DNA of 38,853 nt, taken from contig JAZDPL010000020.1 of NCBI GenBank assembly GCA_043797665.1, positions 1 to 38,853 of the forward strand. The letters are read 5' to 3'. Made by a program: the position numbers and the translations under genes. This document shows, in pieces, positions 36,418-38,853 of the stretch. The notes beneath the pieces were generated by a model. It made no database searches, was not told where the DNA came from, and was given only the letters and a program-made list of their open reading frames with translations. The stretch's first letter is position 1. The number at the start of each line of letters is the position of its first letter. Origin of the DNA: Candidatus Omnitrophota bacterium. GTDB taxonomy: Bacteria > Ratteibacteria > UBA8468 > MWAK01.

Positions 36418-36897
36418 ATGTTAATTATTTACTTTTTAGCGCTGGTTCATTCCGCCTCACTTCCGGTAGTATCGGTATCCGACCTTATCAATCAGAACAA
36501 TTTTTACGACGGAAAGACGGTCGTGGTAGAAGGAGAAGCGATTGGTGATTTAATGTTACGGGGAAAATCCGGCTGGGTGAATATCAGTGATGGAAGTAAC
36601 GCTCTCGGAATCTACGCAGACAGTTCCCGACTGAGTCAGATTAAAACTTTAGGCCGATACCAGACTAAAGGCGATATCGTCCGGGTAGACGGAACCTTTT
36701 ATAACTATTGTCCGGTTCACTCCGGAGAAACTGACCTCCACGCAGTAGACTTAAAAGTAGTAAAAAACGGGGAGATAAAAAAAGAGATACTTAACCCGGT
36801 CCGGCTGCATTTAGCCTGTGGTCTTGCTTTTGCGGCAATGGCTATTCTTCTCCTCCGGCAGATACTCCGTAAAACAAATGGCGGTCAGCCCGGGTAA
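36418..36897 (+). CDS. Exported OB-fold-like protein with C-terminal TM anchor
   Basis: Signal-like N-terminus, YDGKTVVVEGEAIGD, GDIVRVDGTF, C..H.GE.D.H, C-terminal TM. Confidence 0.7.
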   Translation: MLIIYFLALVHSASLPVVSVSDLINQNNFYDGKTVVVEGEAIGDLMLRGKSGWVNISDGSNALGIYADSSRLSQIKTLGRYQTKGDIVRVDGTFYNYCPVHSGETDLHAVDLKVVKNGEIKKEILNPVRLHLACGLAFAAMAILLLRQILRKTNGGQPG

Positions 36898-38197
36898 TCT
36901 CAACTGGTAACAAATAGCCTGCTCTTACATCTTTATGTGGTAGGGACAGTCCGCGACCTGTCCCTGCATTTATCAAAATATTCTTCTCCTCTTTGGTCTT
37001 CCCCACCATATACCCGGGTCGTTTATTACTCTCCCTTAAAATTAGCACCTCGGACACTTTACCCACCTGCGTCTTATTCTTTTCTAACGAAATCCTATCC
37101 TGGACTTCCCACAAACTGCGTAACCGCTCTTCCTTAAATTCTTGCGGGACTTTTCCACCTATGCTTTCGGCTGCAGTACCCGGACGGTCTGAATATTTGA
37201 AGGCAAAGAGGTCGTCAAACTGCGCTTCTTCCACCATCGTTAAAGTATCCTGAAAATCCGTCCCGGCCTCACCGGGAAAACCCACGATAACGTCTGAGGT
37301 AAGGGAAAGGTTCGGAATTAGACGCCGTGCCTCAGTTATCATTCGCAGATAATGGTCAGCGGTGTACTTCCGATTCATGGCGGAAAGAATTCTATCCGAA
37401 CCGCTCTGGAGAGGAAGGTGAAGGTGTTTGTATATATTCTTATTCTCCGCCATTACTTCAAAAAGCCTTGTTGAGACGTCTTTAGGGTGAGAAGTCAAGA
37501 AACCTAACCGAAGCAGACCGGCAATCCTGGATACTTTATCCAGAAGGTTTGGAAAATCCACGCCATTCTGCAAATCCCGGTAGGAATTAACGTTCTGGCC
37601 TAAAAGGGTTATTTCTTTGACGCCCTGCCCAACCAAATTTCCTGCCTCAGCCAGGACTTCATTCACCGGCCTGCTCTCTTCTGCTCCGCGCGCATACGGT
37701 ACCACGCAGTAACTGCAGAAATTATTGCATCCGGTAATCACCGGAAGAAAAGCGCTGAGCGCCCCGCCTTTCTGCGGACAAAAATATGGCTTTTGGGCGG
37801 CGGCGAAAGAGTAGGCTTTCTTCTTGCCCGGAGACGGGCTGGTCCGGCAGATTCCAATCAGGGAAGGAACCTCAGCCAGGCTTTCCGGTCCGGCTAAGAA
37901 ATCAAGGTACGGAAAAGAAGAAAAAAGTTTTTCCCGGTGCAGCGCCGGTACGCATCCCACCAGACCAATTATTAATTCGGGATTCTTCTTCTTTAGATGA
38001 CTGGTATCCTGGAGGTTCTGAAAGAGGCGTTCCTCGGCGTGCTCCCGGACGCTGCAGGTATTGAAAATAATAATGTCCGCCTCCTCCGGACGGTCCGCCT
38101 TCCGATAACCCGCCTTATCTAAAAAAGCAGTTAAGTAAGCGCTATCCGCCTGGTTCATCTGACACCCAAACGTCCGGATAAAATATTTTTTATTCAT
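36842..38197 (-). CDS. miaB: tRNA-2-methylthio-N6-dimethylallyladenosine synthase
   Basis: TFGCQMN, NTCSVRE, radical-SAM GCNNFCSYC, LLGQNVNSY, TSHP, TRAM domain. Confidence 0.95.
   Translation of the reverse strand: MNKKYFIRTFGCQMNQADSAYLTAFLDKAGYRKADRPEEADIIIFNTCSVREHAEERLFQNLQDTSHLKKKNPELIIGLVGCVPALHREKLFSSFPYLDFLAGPESLAEVPSLIGICRTSPSPGKKKAYSFAAAQKPYFCPQKGGALSAFLPVITGCNNFCSYCVVPYARGAEESRPVNEVLAEAGNLVGQGVKEITLLGQNVNSYRDLQNGVDFPNLLDKVSRIAGLLRLGFLTSHPKDVSTRLFEVMAENKNIYKHLHLPLQSGSDRILSAMNRKYTADHYLRMITEARRLIPNLSLTSDVIVGFPGEAGTDFQDTLTMVEEAQFDDLFAFKYSDRPGTAAESIGGKVPQEFKEERLRSLWEVQDRISLEKNKTQVGKVSEVLILRESNKRPGYMVGKTKEEKNILINAGTGRGLSLPHKDVRAGYLLPVEITRADRHLFYGVSAGGEE
36940..36967. repeat. GTAGGGACAG-type REP inside miaB
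   Basis: gtagggacagtccgcgacctgtccctgc; a sibling copy lies at 38204-38231. Confidence 0.75.
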
Positions 38198-38203
38198 AAA
38201 TTT

Positions 38204-38231
38204 GTAGGGACAGGTCGCGACCTGTCCTTAC
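38204..38231. repeat. GTAGGGACAG-type REP
   Basis: gtagggacaggtcgcgacctgtccttac. Confidence 0.75.
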
Positions 38232-38234
38232 ATG

Positions 38235-38591
38235 TTAATTCGGGACGGAAGGAAAAGAAAAACTTGACAGTAAAGAGGCCAGGATTTTACGGAAAAGCAG
38301 AATCTGGACTATAAGGGAGACAGTGGTCAGCACTATACAGATAATGGCGGGTTTTAATCTCTCCTCACCGTAGCGTAAGAGGTAGCGGACGCCGATAAAG
38401 TAACCTAAGGGCGGAAGAAAAATGCTGGTCAGGTACGCGCCGATATTGCGGGCTCCGGAATTTCCCTGCTGATTGGCGGATTGCTCAATTAACTCGCCGA
38501 TCAGGTGGTCCCGTTCCGCCTCATTCAGATGTCCCATCTGATTGACCCGGCGAATCTGTTCCGCTAAATCCGGCCTATCCTGTTTGACCAT
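38235..38591 (-). CDS. Hypothetical membrane protein (2 TM)
   Basis: YLTSIFLPPLGYFIG and a second TM. The likely ATG at 38591 abuts the tRNA 3' duplicate. Confidence 0.65.
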   Translation of the reverse strand: MVKQDRPDLAEQIRRVNQMGHLNEAERDHLIGELIEQSANQQGNSGARNIGAYLTSIFLPPLGYFIGVRYLLRYGEERLKPAIICIVLTTVSLIVQILLFRKILASLLSSFSFPSVPN

Positions 38592-38616
38592 AGTCGGGGC
38601 GACTGGATACGAACCA
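38592..38616 (-). repeat. Duplicated 3' end of tRNA-Pro (att-like direct repeat)
   Basis: agtcggggcgactggatacgaacca versus agtcggggcgactggattcgaacca at 38773-38797; 24 of 25 positions identical. Confidence 0.9.
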
Positions 38617-38774
38617 CTTCGTTTCGTCAGCACGAGTTTAGCTCAGTCGCTACAACTCGTGGACGCTGACTTCACTCGTTTTAAGAGAGGGCAAGCCCCC
38701 TCTTAATTTTCTCCCCCAGACGTGAAGGGAACTTTCCCTTCACACATCCCTGGGTTCGAATCCCTCCAGGGAAG

Positions 38775-38848
38775 TCGGGGCGACTGGATTCGAACCAGCG
38801 ACCACCTGAACCCCATTCAGGTGCGCTACCAGGCTGCGCTACGCCCCG
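38775..38848 (-). tRNA. tRNA-Pro(GGG)
   Basis: CGGGGCGTAGCGCAGCCTGGTAGCGCACCTGAATGGGGTTCAGGTGGTCGCTGGTTCGAATCCAGTCGCCCCGA; anticodon loop ATGGGGT; CCA not encoded. Confidence 0.97.
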
Positions 38849-38853
38849 AAACG

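Noticed and set aside
2853..38064. Numerous short antisense or overlapping ORFs in the track
   Set aside because: They are shadows of well-supported genes and carry no motifs.
6435..38231. CRISPR array
   Set aside because: The repeats are dispersed palindromes without regular spacers, and there are no cas genes.
38592..38633. 5' extension (MLTKRSGSYPVAPT) of the last ORF
   Set aside because: It is translated from the duplicated tRNA end; ATG 38591 is the more plausible start.

Overview
A 38.9-kb chromosomal window from a moderately GC-rich diderm bacterium. The gene content (H-X9-DG prepilin, DUF6785-like and M28/FtsX membrane proteins, A/V-ATPase subunit I) suggests an uncultured Omnitrophota/Ratteibacteria- or PVC-like lineage; this is inference only. 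Family names come from motif recognition and recall, not database searches. (1) 1-2600 is a decayed island edge made of remnants: an IS110 fragment, a 5'-truncated SDH/Clp-fold protease fused to an IS left end, a truncated NYN nuclease facing a promoter-plus-hairpin small-RNA unit, a serine recombinase tail, a tRNA 3'-end att-like remnant and a carA fragment. (2) Core genes follow: ATPase subunit I-dnaJ, trpG/trpE/nadB/prepilin/birA. (3) A minus-strand cluster downstream of lysS encodes a TPR protein, a DUF6785/6784-like protein, a 1458-aa degenerate-M28-peptidase/MacB-FtsX fusion and an OPT-like transporter. This is the best candidate for an undescribed system. (4) An islet at 22.2-28.4 kb has perfect 20-bp inverted repeats around pRiA4b ORF3, an IS4-like transposase and DUF6788, followed by three catabolic genes. 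(5) The right end has an FGE-like gene, tolQRA/exbBD-tonB, HD-GYP, comEA, a trk operon, miaB and tRNA-Pro(GGG) with a 156-bp structured mini-insert at its 3' end. At least three REP-like families are scattered throughout, several of them inside or terminating coding sequences.
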